NCBI GenBank assembly: GCA_964510585.1
Contig: CAZECW010000025.1
Span: forward strand, 1 to 32,000
DNA: 32,000 nt
Source: an uncultured archaeon
GTDB lineage: Archaea > Asgardarchaeota > Jordiarchaeia > Jordiarchaeales > Jordiarchaeaceae
Direction: 5' to 3'
In this document: piece by piece, positions 1 through 8,820 of the stretch
How positions within the stretch are numbered: the stretch's first letter is position 1
Layout of the letters: each line of letters opens with the position of its first letter
Program-made: the position numbers and the translations under genes
The notes under the pieces: generated by a model
Told to the model about the DNA's origin: nothing
What the model saw: only the letters and a program-made list of their open reading frames with translations
The model's database searches: none

Positions 1-2
1 CC

Positions 3-155
3 CCAAAATGCCCCAATTGTGGGGCGAAGATGGAGTTTGCGTACTCATCAGGGATGGGTAAGCCTCCCCCTGGGTTTGAAGTTGTGAAGGAACTTGGATT
101 TGGGGAGAGGATAACTGATTGGAACCACATCATAAGCAGTCCAATTTATCGATAA
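3..155 (+). CDS. 3' end of a gene truncated by the window edge; Zn-ribbon-like hypothetical protein
   Basis: Frame 3 is open from the edge to TAA at 153-155 and reads PKCPNCGAKMEFAYSSGMGKPPPGFEVVKELGFGERITDWNHIISSPIYR; CPNCG is a Zn-knuckle motif. Confidence 0.55.
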   Translation, partial: PKCPNCGAKMEFAYSSGMGKPPPGFEVVKELGFGERITDWNHIISSPIYR

Positions 156-178
156 TTTCCCCGAAAGGGGTTTTGTTC

Positions 179-709
179 CTAAAAATCGATGCCTTTTCTG
201 GCTTGCAATCCTTGGGTTACAAAGGGATGCTTTATCATTTTCATCTCGGTGACTAGGTCTGCCATTTCCAGTAGTTTGGGATGCATGTATCTGCCTGTGA
301 GAATAACTTCTTGGTGTGGTGGCTTAGCCTTCAATATCTCTATTACATCCTTTACATTTATTAATTCCATCTCTATGGCCACGCCCACCTCGTCTAGTAT
401 CAGGATGTCGTATTCTCCCTCCTCAATTGTCTTTTTTGCCAGTGCTAAGGCCTTTTTAGCTTCTTCTATGTCTACTTTTTCGGGTTCGGCAATTATTTCC
501 GGTCTTCCAAACTGGGTTATTGTGAGATTGGGCCAGTTCTTAGCGGCTTTTATTTCTCCATACTTCACTTCCCCCTTCATAAATTGAATCATGTGTACTT
601 TGAACCCATGCCCTGTTGCTCTAAAGGCTAATCCCAGTGCAGCTGTAGTCTTACCTTTCCCCGTTCCGTAGTAAACTTGGATGAGTCCCTTCGTTAACCT
701 TTGACTCAT
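179..709 (-). CDS. cobO: Cob(I)yrinic acid a,c-diamide adenosyltransferase (CobA/CobO/BtuR type)
   Basis: GLIQVYYGTGKGKTTAALGLAFRATGHG, QFMKG, YDILILDEV, EVILTGR, ADLVTEMKMIKHPF and ARKGIDF are family signatures. Confidence 0.93.
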   Translation of the reverse strand: MSQRLTKGLIQVYYGTGKGKTTAALGLAFRATGHGFKVHMIQFMKGEVKYGEIKAAKNWPNLTITQFGRPEIIAEPEKVDIEEAKKALALAKKTIEEGEYDILILDEVGVAIEMELINVKDVIEILKAKPPHQEVILTGRYMHPKLLEMADLVTEMKMIKHPFVTQGLQARKGIDF

Positions 710-715
710 TTTTAC

Positions 716-1684
716 TCACTCCTCAAATTTTCTTATAAGCGGTTGAATAAGTTTATCTGCGGCAGAGTAGATGTTCTCTTCTTTTGAATAGACCCGATCT
801 ACAAGATTTTTAATTTCTTTATCCTCTTTAAGAAACTTGGAAACGTATTCTTCTACAATCTGCAGCACGATTTCCTTGATCTTCTTCTCGATGTGGTTTT
901 TCCGTCTCTCCTCAAGTGCACCCGTTAGTTCAACATGCTTCCTGTGTTTCTCGATAGACTCCAAAAGTTCTCGGATTCCCACACCCTCGGTAGCTATGGT
1001 GCAGAGAACGGGTGGACGCCAACCAGTTTGCCGAGTGTAAGAATCCAGCGCCAACTCTAACTGAAGTGCCAGCTTGTCCCCATCCATATCCGCCTTGTTT
1101 ACTACCAGTATATCCCCAATTTCCATAATTCCCGCCTTCTGGGCTTGTATGGAATCGCCAGCTCCCGGTATAAACACGCAGATTATAGTATCTGCAATTT
1201 TCATAATGTCGACTTCGGCTTGCCCCGCCCCTACAGTTTCTATAATTATATAGTCCTTACCGTAAGCGTCGAATACAGCAGCAATGTCATAAGTGGCCTT
1301 AGAAAGCCCTCCCGAAACCCCCCTAGATGCTACGCTCCGAATGAATATTTCAGGGTCAGAAACAATTTCCCTCATTCTAACCCTATCCCCTAAGAAGGCT
1401 CCTCCCGAGAAGGGGCTGGAGGGATCAATAGAGATTATACCAACGGTCTTTCCCCTACTTCTCATCTCTTGAGCTAACTTGGAAATAAGGGTGCTTTTTC
1501 CGCTACCCGGAGACCCAGTTACACCAATGATATAAGCCCTTCCCGTATTTTTATATATGATGTCAAAAATTTCCTTAGCCCTATCAGGCTCGTTCTCCAC
1601 GATTGTAATAATTTTTGCGAGCGCGATGCGGTCTTTCTCCCTAAACTTTGAGACAAGCTCCTGTATATTATCTTCTCTGCGCAT
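716..1684 (-). CDS. meaB: Methylmalonyl-CoA mutase-associated GTPase MeaB (ArgK/MMAA family)
   Basis: IGVTGSPGSGKST, IDPSSPFSGGAFLGDRVRM, IETVGAGQAE, GDSIQAQKAGIMEIGD, VNKAD. ATG at 1684 preferred over TTG at 1690. Confidence 0.93.
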   Translation of the reverse strand: MRREDNIQELVSKFREKDRIALAKIITIVENEPDRAKEIFDIIYKNTGRAYIIGVTGSPGSGKSTLISKLAQEMRSRGKTVGIISIDPSSPFSGGAFLGDRVRMREIVSDPEIFIRSVASRGVSGGLSKATYDIAAVFDAYGKDYIIIETVGAGQAEVDIMKIADTIICVFIPGAGDSIQAQKAGIMEIGDILVVNKADMDGDKLALQLELALDSYTRQTGWRPPVLCTIATEGVGIRELLESIEKHRKHVELTGALEERRKNHIEKKIKEIVLQIVEEYVSKFLKEDKEIKNLVDRVYSKEENIYSAADKLIQPLIRKFEE

Positions 1685-1992
1685 TCTCAATCATCCCGGA
1701 CTCAATTTTACAAGTTGGAATTCGAGTAGTGCGATGTTTACCTACCTATATATTATTTACTCAAAGGAATAACAGACATAGCATAACAAGTTATTATTGT
1801 GGGGATGTTTGTGTTTATAAGTTGAAAGGAGAAGGTGTAATAAGTACTAACCTTACTCATTATAGCTTTTAGCCAAACGTCAAATGCGATTCACAAAAAT
1901 ATACCCCCATTTGAATAAGAAGAAGCATAGTAAATTAAGGATAGTTAGGTGACCGTTAATCCTAATCAGAAAATATGCTCTTTTCAGAAATT

Positions 1993-2400
1993 CTAAAAGT
2001 AGAAGTGAATATTGAGGGGGTACTCTACACATTTTAGAGTTTTTTTCTCAAGCTCTTTTAGAAGCAGATAGGTTTCAGGGTAGGTGTTTAGATGTTCAAT
2101 TTCATCTATCTTGAACCATTTATACTCCCTGGTGCCTTCGGTTAACTTTTTCACTATTTTGGCTTTAAATACAAAAAATAGGTGATAGTCTTCCTCCTTC
2201 TTTAATTCGTAAACTCTTGCCAAACTTTCAATCTCTATTAGGTACCCCGTTTCCTCTTTTATTTCTCTCTCCGCAGCTTCTATCACTCTTTCACCCTTCT
2301 CCACCTTCCCGCCAGGAATCGCCCATACTTCGTTATCGTTCACCAGAAGTGTCCTGCCCCTATCGTCCCTGATAATCACAGTAGCTACCACCACAACCAT
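1993..2400 (-). CDS. Nudix hydrolase
   Basis: Complete Nudix box GGKVEKGERVIEAAEREIKEETGY. ATG at 2400 chosen; track start is TTG at 2409. Confidence 0.88.
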   Translation of the reverse strand: MVVVVATVIIRDDRGRTLLVNDNEVWAIPGGKVEKGERVIEAAEREIKEETGYLIEIESLARVYELKKEEDYHLFFVFKAKIVKKLTEGTREYKWFKIDEIEHLNTYPETYLLLKELEKKTLKCVEYPLNIHFYF

Positions 2401-2502
2401 TATTAACAACCCTTTTAACGTCTTTATCTCTACTCTACTTCCACGTCTTATTAGGTTAATCTTTTATTTCCCTTTTCCTATTATTTTTTCAAACTTGGAA
2501 TT

Positions 2503-3459
2503 TTGGTGAGGTCACCCTTGCAGTATGACGTGATAATAGTAGGAGCGGGGCCGGCTGGGCTCTCAGCCGCCGCTTTTGCCGCAAGGCGAAAACTAAAAAC
2601 TCTGGTCTTGGAGGCAACCAGTAAAGTTGGTGGAAAACCAGTAAACGTATATGGAACCAAAATAGTGGATGACTTTATAGGTTTCCCAGATGGGGTAAAA
2701 GGAAAAGAGGTAGGAGAAGCCTTGCTCAGACAAGCACAAAAATTTGGAGCAGAAATCAAATGCGAATCAAGGGTTTCCAAGGTCTCGATAGAAAACAATG
2801 ATAAACTGGTAAGCACAGACGATGGGAAAACCTACAGAGCCAAAGCGGTAATAATCGCCACCGGCTCACACTCCAAAAGTTTCGTGGGCGGCATCGAAGG
2901 CGAGGCAGAGTTCAAAAACAAGGGTGTAAGCTACGAACTTCAAAACCCTAACGAAATGAAGGATAAAATAGTATTTGTTGTGGGCGGAGGAGAAACAGCT
3001 GTAGAAACCGCTATTACCTTAAAGGACATAGCGAAACAGGTTTACCTTGTACACAGACGCGACTCCTTTAGAGCGGATGAAATACTGGTGGAACAATTGA
3101 AAAAAAGCAAAATAAACATATTGACTAATTCTAGATTGCAAAAAATCCACGGAGACGACAAAGTAACAGGAGTAACCATATACAACGATGCAACTAAGAA
3201 AGAAATAGAAATGAAGGCTGACCAAGTCATATTTTGCTTCGGGACAGTACCGGCAAGTGAGATGCTAAAAGATCTAAATGTGAAACTCGACGAAAAAGGC
3301 TTAATAATGGTCGACTGCGACCAAAAGACCAATATAGAGGGAATTTTCGCCGCAGGAGACGTAGCAGGCGGAGCTATGAGAATATCGACTGCCATAGGAG
3401 AGGGAGTAAAAGCTGCCCTCAACGCCTACAAATACATAAAACAACCCTACTGGGCCTAG
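2503..3459 (+). CDS. Thioredoxin-reductase-fold FAD/NADPH oxidoreductase lacking the redox CxxC; possible TrxR-type ferredoxin-NADP+ reductase
   Basis: GAGPAG FAD motif, GGGETA and HRR NADPH motifs, GIFAAGDV; the CxxC position reads SYELQN. Start may be TTG 2518, after SD-like GGTGAGG. Confidence 0.8.
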   Translation: MVRSPLQYDVIIVGAGPAGLSAAAFAARRKLKTLVLEATSKVGGKPVNVYGTKIVDDFIGFPDGVKGKEVGEALLRQAQKFGAEIKCESRVSKVSIENNDKLVSTDDGKTYRAKAVIIATGSHSKSFVGGIEGEAEFKNKGVSYELQNPNEMKDKIVFVVGGGETAVETAITLKDIAKQVYLVHRRDSFRADEILVEQLKKSKINILTNSRLQKIHGDDKVTGVTIYNDATKKEIEMKADQVIFCFGTVPASEMLKDLNVKLDEKGLIMVDCDQKTNIEGIFAAGDVAGGAMRISTAIGEGVKAALNAYKYIKQPYWA

Positions 3460-3648
3460 TTTAAAATTCTCCAAAAAAATAAATCTCGTCAAATATTTAT
3501 GGTTCTCCAGATGAAAACATGAATTTACAAATTTAATTCCAATCTAAATTTATCGAGATTTGGTTCTGCACTGCAACCTACAACCATTTATTTTTATGAC
3601 TAAAATTATTTAAAAAATGGAGCTGCCTTATTCCTGCAAGTAATCTTT

Positions 3649-4593
3649 TCATTTGGATGTACCGTACCAGCCGCCTCTAATGTAAAGGTAGGCGTTTACC
3701 GCCGCCGTGGCTCCCTCACCAACAGCAGTAGCAATCTGGAAAACGCCTCCAGTAACATCTCCCGCCGCAAAAATTCCTTCAATATTCGTTCTCTGTTCCC
3801 TGTCTACTACTATGTACCCACCCTCATCCAGTTTGACTCCTGCCTCCTTAGCTAAATCACTAACTGGCCTGTAGCCTACCGCTATGAAAACTGCATCCAC
3901 ATCCAATAAACTCTCCTCCCCCGTTTTGTTATTAGTGAGTCGAATTTTTTTCACCACCTTATCTCCCTCAATACTCCTTACTTCAGTATTCCAGTGAAAC
4001 TTAACTCCCTTCTCCGTCAAAGCCCTCTTGTAGTAAGCTTCAGCCCTCAAATCATCCCTCCTGTGAACTAAATGTACTTCCCCGGCAACATCACTCAAAT
4101 ATAGAGCCTCAGAACAAGCTGTATTGCCACCACCAACCACAAGCACCCTTTTACCCTTAAACAAGGGTCCATCACAAGTTGCACAATAGCTAACTCCTCT
4201 ACCACTAAACTGTTCTTCTCCTGGCACCCCAAGCTTCACATGCTCACGCCCCGTAGCAATTATAACCGCATCGGCCACATATGTCTCTCTGTCCGATATA
4301 ACCCTAACATGCTTTTCTCTCTTCTCTATTTTCCTGACTGGCTCTAAATCATGAATGTCGCATCCGCACCCCTCAGCTTGCTTTCTCATAGCATCCATTA
4401 ACTCCATTCCCCTAATTTTAACAAAACCAGGATAATTCTCAATAATAGCTGCCTCCGCGGCCTGTCCACCACTAACCTTAGCCTCTAAAATCACCGCATT
4501 TAAACCAAACCTAGCCGCATAAATTCCAGCGCTCAATCCCGCAGGCCCAGCGCCAATAATCACCAACTGCTTCTCAACTGGCAAAATAAACAC
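3649..4593 (-). CDS. trxB: Thioredoxin-disulfide reductase
   Basis: GAGPAG, IENYPGF, GRGVSYCATCDG (CxxC intact), GGGNTA, HRR, GIFAAGDV, QIATAVGEG. Confidence 0.92.
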   Translation of the reverse strand: MFILPVEKQLVIIGAGPAGLSAGIYAARFGLNAVILEAKVSGGQAAEAAIIENYPGFVKIRGMELMDAMRKQAEGCGCDIHDLEPVRKIEKREKHVRVISDRETYVADAVIIATGREHVKLGVPGEEQFSGRGVSYCATCDGPLFKGKRVLVVGGGNTACSEALYLSDVAGEVHLVHRRDDLRAEAYYKRALTEKGVKFHWNTEVRSIEGDKVVKKIRLTNNKTGEESLLDVDAVFIAVGYRPVSDLAKEAGVKLDEGGYIVVDREQRTNIEGIFAAGDVTGGVFQIATAVGEGATAAVNAYLYIRGGWYGTSK

Positions 4594-4748
4594 CCTCGAA
4601 CATCAAAATTCAAATATAAACTAACCATTCTAAAATCATCACCAAATAAAAATGTTTCATAGACTGGAATGATTCAGAGCCAAACCATTTAAAGCTTAAA
4701 CAAAAAATAACCTACAATAAGCCTCCTATCACGAAAAGCTTAGCAAAT

Positions 4749-4758
4749 AATATATATT
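4749..4758. promoter_or_regulatory. Palindromic TATA-like element in the divergent trxB / Rab-M20 intergenic region
   Basis: AATATATATT is self-complementary and lies between the two divergent starts. Confidence 0.35.
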
Positions 4759-4839
4759 TAAAAATATAGTAAAATTATGTAAAGCCACCAAAAATATGAG
4801 GAAAAAGGAGAAAATGGCAAAAGCTGCAATAGGGGCAGA

Positions 4840-6573
4840 GTGGATATGGTACCCAAGCATGAAGAATATGCGTTCAAAGTTGTTTGCATTGGGGATGGTG
4901 GTGTAGGCAAGACCAGCCTAATAGTAAGGCTAACCGAGAATAGGTTCTCAGAAGACTACAAAATGACTTTAGGAACTTCTTTTGCCGCTCACACCATAAA
5001 TATTGAGGATAAAATTGTGACTTTACAGATTTGGGATCTTGGAGGTCAGCCCTCCTTCAGTCACTTGAGGTCGTTTTTCTATGCTGGAGCTAAGGGGGCT
5101 GTGATTGTTTTTGACTTAACAGATATTAAATCTTTTAAGAATGTTACAACATGGTATAAAGAGTTGCGTAGCGTTTGCGGTGATGTGCCGATTGTTTTGA
5201 TCGGTAATAAGAATGATTTGGCTGGCAGCCGTGTTGTTGCTAGGCAGGAGGCGGAGATGCTTGCTAGAAGCTTGGGCGCACCTTACATTGAGACTAGTGC
5301 TAAAACTGGTGACAAGGTTAATTTGGCTTTTCAAAGTGTTTCAAGGCGCTTGTTGGGTATCGAAGAAAAGTTACCTATGGTAAAGGGTGTGGTGGTTCCA
5401 GATGTTAAGAGTAAGATTCTGCAGTTTATTGACAGTCGAAGGGACTATCTCCTAAATTTGCTTGGAGATCTAATTTCCGCTCGCTCTGTTAATCCTCCAG
5501 GAAATGAGAAGGTCGCCGCGGATGTTGTTCAAGGCGAGTTGTTTAGGATTGGAATGCAAACTGAATCTTACGAGAAGGAGAGTGGGCGGACCAACGTTGT
5601 GGGCTATGTGGAGAAGGGTAACTCTCCCACTTTAATGATTATTACACATCTGGATGTGGTGCCTGCAGGCGACGGATGGATTTATGATCCGTTTAAAGCT
5701 ACTCCCACTAATGGTAGGATTGTGGGTAGGGGTGTTGTTGATGATAAGGGGCCTATGGCCTCTGTTCTTCTGGCTATTCAAGCGCTTAAGGAGTTTAATT
5801 TTCCCATTCGGGGACGCTTGTTGTTTGTGGCCGTGGCAGATGAGGAAACTGGAAATGAGCTGGGCATAAAGTATCTTTTGAACGAAAAGGGCTTAACCGC
5901 TGATTATGCTTTGGTGGCTGAGCAAACTAAGTGTGAAGCGGTGGAGATTGCGGAAAAGGGCCGTTTGTGGGCAAGGCTGAAGAGTACTGGTGCACAAGGT
6001 CACGGTAGTATGCCGGTGAAGGGTGCGAATGCAATTGTAAATCTCTCAAAAGTTTTGGCCCGCATAGAAAACCTGAAAATGTCCTACACTGAGCATCCTC
6101 TGCTTGGAGCTCCAACCATAAATGTAGGAACAATAAAGGGCGGAGTGGCTATTAATGTGATTCCTGCTTCCGCCGAGGCCACAGTGGATATTAGATATCT
6201 ACCCTCTCAGGATTTGAGGCAGATAATTAACGAGTTGCGCGAATTAGTGAGGAGCGTCCAGAGGGAGAACCCTGGGCTAGAGGTGGCCATTGAGCCCATA
6301 GCTTCGGATCCCCCGACGGAAGTATCTCCGGAAGATCCCGTTGTCAGAGCAATGGTGAGTGTAATAAGGGAAGTGACGGGAAGCCAGCCTAAGCTAATTG
6401 GGATAGGGGGCGCTACAGTGGCGAAGCACTGTATTTCTCACGGTATTCCCACAGCTGTTTTTGGACCAGGGGATCCTAAAGAGGCCCACGCCGCAAACGA
6501 GAGTGTGTCCATAGATAGTTTACTTAAGGCAGCTAAAATTTATGCTCTGACCATATTAAACCTGCTCTCTTAA
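4840..6573 (+). CDS. Fusion of an N-terminal Rab-like small GTPase and a C-terminal M20 (ArgE/DapE-like) metallohydrolase
   Basis: aa ~11-173: GDGGVGKTS, WDLGGQ, GNKND, ETSAK. aa ~190-577: THLDVVP, GRGVVDDKG, ADEETG, VAEQT, GHGS, EAHAANE. No stop between domains. Likely start ATG 4846. Confidence 0.88.
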   Translation: MDMVPKHEEYAFKVVCIGDGGVGKTSLIVRLTENRFSEDYKMTLGTSFAAHTINIEDKIVTLQIWDLGGQPSFSHLRSFFYAGAKGAVIVFDLTDIKSFKNVTTWYKELRSVCGDVPIVLIGNKNDLAGSRVVARQEAEMLARSLGAPYIETSAKTGDKVNLAFQSVSRRLLGIEEKLPMVKGVVVPDVKSKILQFIDSRRDYLLNLLGDLISARSVNPPGNEKVAADVVQGELFRIGMQTESYEKESGRTNVVGYVEKGNSPTLMIITHLDVVPAGDGWIYDPFKATPTNGRIVGRGVVDDKGPMASVLLAIQALKEFNFPIRGRLLFVAVADEETGNELGIKYLLNEKGLTADYALVAEQTKCEAVEIAEKGRLWARLKSTGAQGHGSMPVKGANAIVNLSKVLARIENLKMSYTEHPLLGAPTINVGTIKGGVAINVIPASAEATVDIRYLPSQDLRQIINELRELVRSVQRENPGLEVAIEPIASDPPTEVSPEDPVVRAMVSVIREVTGSQPKLIGIGGATVAKHCISHGIPTAVFGPGDPKEAHAANESVSIDSLLKAAKIYALTILNLLS

Positions 6574-6584
6574 AATTTTAAGGT

Positions 6585-7028
6585 GTGGTTAAAGCTTTGG
6601 TTGAGTCAGAGAAATTTATTCGTTTTAGTGTTTCCCTCCCAGAAGACCTACTTAAAGAATTTGACAAGGTTACAGAGTCTCTTGGAATACAAGGTAGGTC
6701 TGACGCGATACGCAAAGCTATGCGTGACTTCATAGTAAACTATACTTGGATGCACAAGGGTAAGGGTGATATGGTGGGCTCAATAACCATAATCTTGGAC
6801 CACGAGACCACTGGAATAATGGATGAAATCACCGAGCTGCAGCACAGATATTTAAAATTGATAGCCTCCTCCATGCATGTACATTTGGATGAACGTGAAT
6901 GTATGATTGTTCTTGCAGTAAGGGGAAAAGTGGAGGATATCGAAAAACTCAACAATGAAATACTTGCCCTCAAGGGAGTTAAACTGGTAAAGTACACCAT
7001 TATGACCCCAGGAACCGAATTACCATAA
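6585..7028 (+). CDS. nikR: Nickel-responsive transcriptional regulator NikR
   Basis: Ribbon-helix-helix RFSVSLPEDLLKEFD...RSDAIRKAMR; Ni-ligand pattern QH...MHVHLDERECM. Confidence 0.9.
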   Translation: MVKALVESEKFIRFSVSLPEDLLKEFDKVTESLGIQGRSDAIRKAMRDFIVNYTWMHKGKGDMVGSITIILDHETTGIMDEITELQHRYLKLIASSMHVHLDERECMIVLAVRGKVEDIEKLNNEILALKGVKLVKYTIMTPGTELP

Positions 7029-7205
7029 ATTAAAATATGGAAGGGAACACCACTTTCCAAAATGTTTTTATACACCTGCTATTCAAGTGGGTACACCATA
7101 ATCACCTCCAAAAAAGGGATTTTGGAATAAATACTCGCTACCAACAAAGCCTACGTTTTTTCCAGCATAGTAGTCTGCTAGGCCTCCCCTACTAAAGAGG
7201 TGGAA

Positions 7206-8762
7206 ATGTTGCACTTGGAGTTGGATGGTTATTTCGAGTTGAGCGGTGTTCTTCCTAAGGAAGCCCAAAGAGAATTAGAAGCCTTCTTCGAGGAAGCCAA
7301 CAAAAAACTACTTAAAAAAGGAGCGCCCAAAGGAAAAGAATCTGAAGGGGCACAAGTAACCAATTGGGCTCTCAAGGGGAATAAGATAGAACTGCAGATA
7401 ATTAGCGGCAGATACGTTAGGGCGCACACCGCACTACTCAGACTTTCCAACGTATTATCCAACATTCTAGGATCAAAATATCACACTGGTATCCGAAAAT
7501 CTGTCGCCACCAAGTACAGAATTGAAACCCAACTTGAAAAAGCACCCCTAGAACCAGTAACCCTACCCTTCACCAAAGAATTAGAAATCAAGGATAAAAC
7601 TGCCACCATAACTATGGTGGAAATGGATGAGAGTGAACTCAAAAGAAACTATCCAGACCGCCTATTGCGGCGTCTCGAAGAGAAAATCACGGCCCAGTAT
7701 GTTCATGGAAAAGCGGAATACACACGCACCGTTGAAAGAAGCAACAAGGGCTTGGGAAAATACAAGTTGAGAGAAGACCCCACAGAGGCCGCGGTTAAAT
7801 TGGGATGGGTTAAAGAGTTCCCGGGAGCGGGCATATGGCAGATACTGCCCCCGTATGCTGCACTTATCAGAGCCATAGAAAACATAATCATCGACGACAT
7901 AGCAAAACCCCTAGGCTTCCAAGAAGTCATGCTTCCCCGACTAATTCCACTAGAAGTTGAGATGAAAAAAGGACACTTCGGAATAGCAAATGAGATAATA
8001 TGGGCCTGTCCTCCAATATCCCGAGACCCCAAGGAATTCGAGGAAATACTAGACTACGTGGAAATAACTGGCACTCCCCCCGTAGAATTACTCCAGAAAA
8101 AACTCCGCCCCCCAATGTTTGGACTAGCATACGCTCAATGTGAACCCTTCTACGAACTATTCGCCCAAGAAATAGTAGACGTAGAAGAACTTGAGAAAAA
8201 CCCCATAAAATTCTACGACAAAAATGGGCCCACCTGGAGGTGGGAAGGGGGAGGACTAAAAGGCCTAGAACGCCTAAACGAATTCCACAGAATAGAATTC
8301 GTATACATGGCGCCACCCCAAAAATGCATAGAAATAAGAGACCAAGTACTTGAAAAAGCAAAAACCATGATAGACAAAGATTTGGACTTAGAATACCGAA
8401 TAGACGCAACCACCGCCGTATACCTTGAACACGCGGGAATCGCCGAAGAACAGAAAGAGGAAGAATTCGTGAAAACCTACGACCTCACCGTAATACTCCC
8501 ATTCGAAACCAAAAGCAGACCCGAAGCCGAACTAGAAGTCTCCAGCTTCCACGTACACACCGACTTTTATGCCAAAAGATTCCACTTCCGAGACAAAACC
8601 CGCAAAACAGTATACACCGGATGCGTAGGAATGGGTCCATCCCGCTACGCATACGTAACACTAATACGGCACGGATTCAACTATGACGACTGGCCTCAAA
8701 AAATCAAAAAATACATTGGCGAAAAACTACCCGAAGTCCCCAAAACAGTAACCTGGCCATAA
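7206..8762 (+). CDS. serS: Seryl-tRNA synthetase, methanogen-type (rare form)
   Basis: N-domain FEEANKKLLKKGAP and SGRYVRAH, EDPT..AVKLGW, CPPISRDP, YAQCEPF, EFHRIEFV and YTGCVGMG match the methanogen-type pattern. SD GAGGTG precedes ATG 7206. Confidence 0.88.
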   Translation: MLHLELDGYFELSGVLPKEAQRELEAFFEEANKKLLKKGAPKGKESEGAQVTNWALKGNKIELQIISGRYVRAHTALLRLSNVLSNILGSKYHTGIRKSVATKYRIETQLEKAPLEPVTLPFTKELEIKDKTATITMVEMDESELKRNYPDRLLRRLEEKITAQYVHGKAEYTRTVERSNKGLGKYKLREDPTEAAVKLGWVKEFPGAGIWQILPPYAALIRAIENIIIDDIAKPLGFQEVMLPRLIPLEVEMKKGHFGIANEIIWACPPISRDPKEFEEILDYVEITGTPPVELLQKKLRPPMFGLAYAQCEPFYELFAQEIVDVEELEKNPIKFYDKNGPTWRWEGGGLKGLERLNEFHRIEFVYMAPPQKCIEIRDQVLEKAKTMIDKDLDLEYRIDATTAVYLEHAGIAEEQKEEEFVKTYDLTVILPFETKSRPEAELEVSSFHVHTDFYAKRFHFRDKTRKTVYTGCVGMGPSRYAYVTLIRHGFNYDDWPQKIKKYIGEKLPEVPKTVTWP

Positions 8763-8778
8763 AAAACCAAAAACAAAA
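8761..8778 (-). terminator. U-rich terminator candidate for leuS
   Basis: Minus strand reads TTTTGTTTTTGGTTTTTT about 60 nt after the leuS stop. Confidence 0.45.
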
Positions 8779-8820
8779 CCCCACACCCCTCCACCCAGAC
8801 AAGAATAAACCCCACACCCC
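8776..8820. repeat. 14-bp direct repeat AAACCCCACACCCC (two copies)
   Basis: Exact copies at 8776-8789 and 8807-8820, between the convergent serS and leuS. Confidence 0.8.

Noticed and set aside
3481-3561. Inverted repeat AAATCTCG / CGAGATTT between the two reductase genes (MITE-like?)
   Set aside because: Only 8 bp match perfectly, with no target-site duplication and no second copy in the window.
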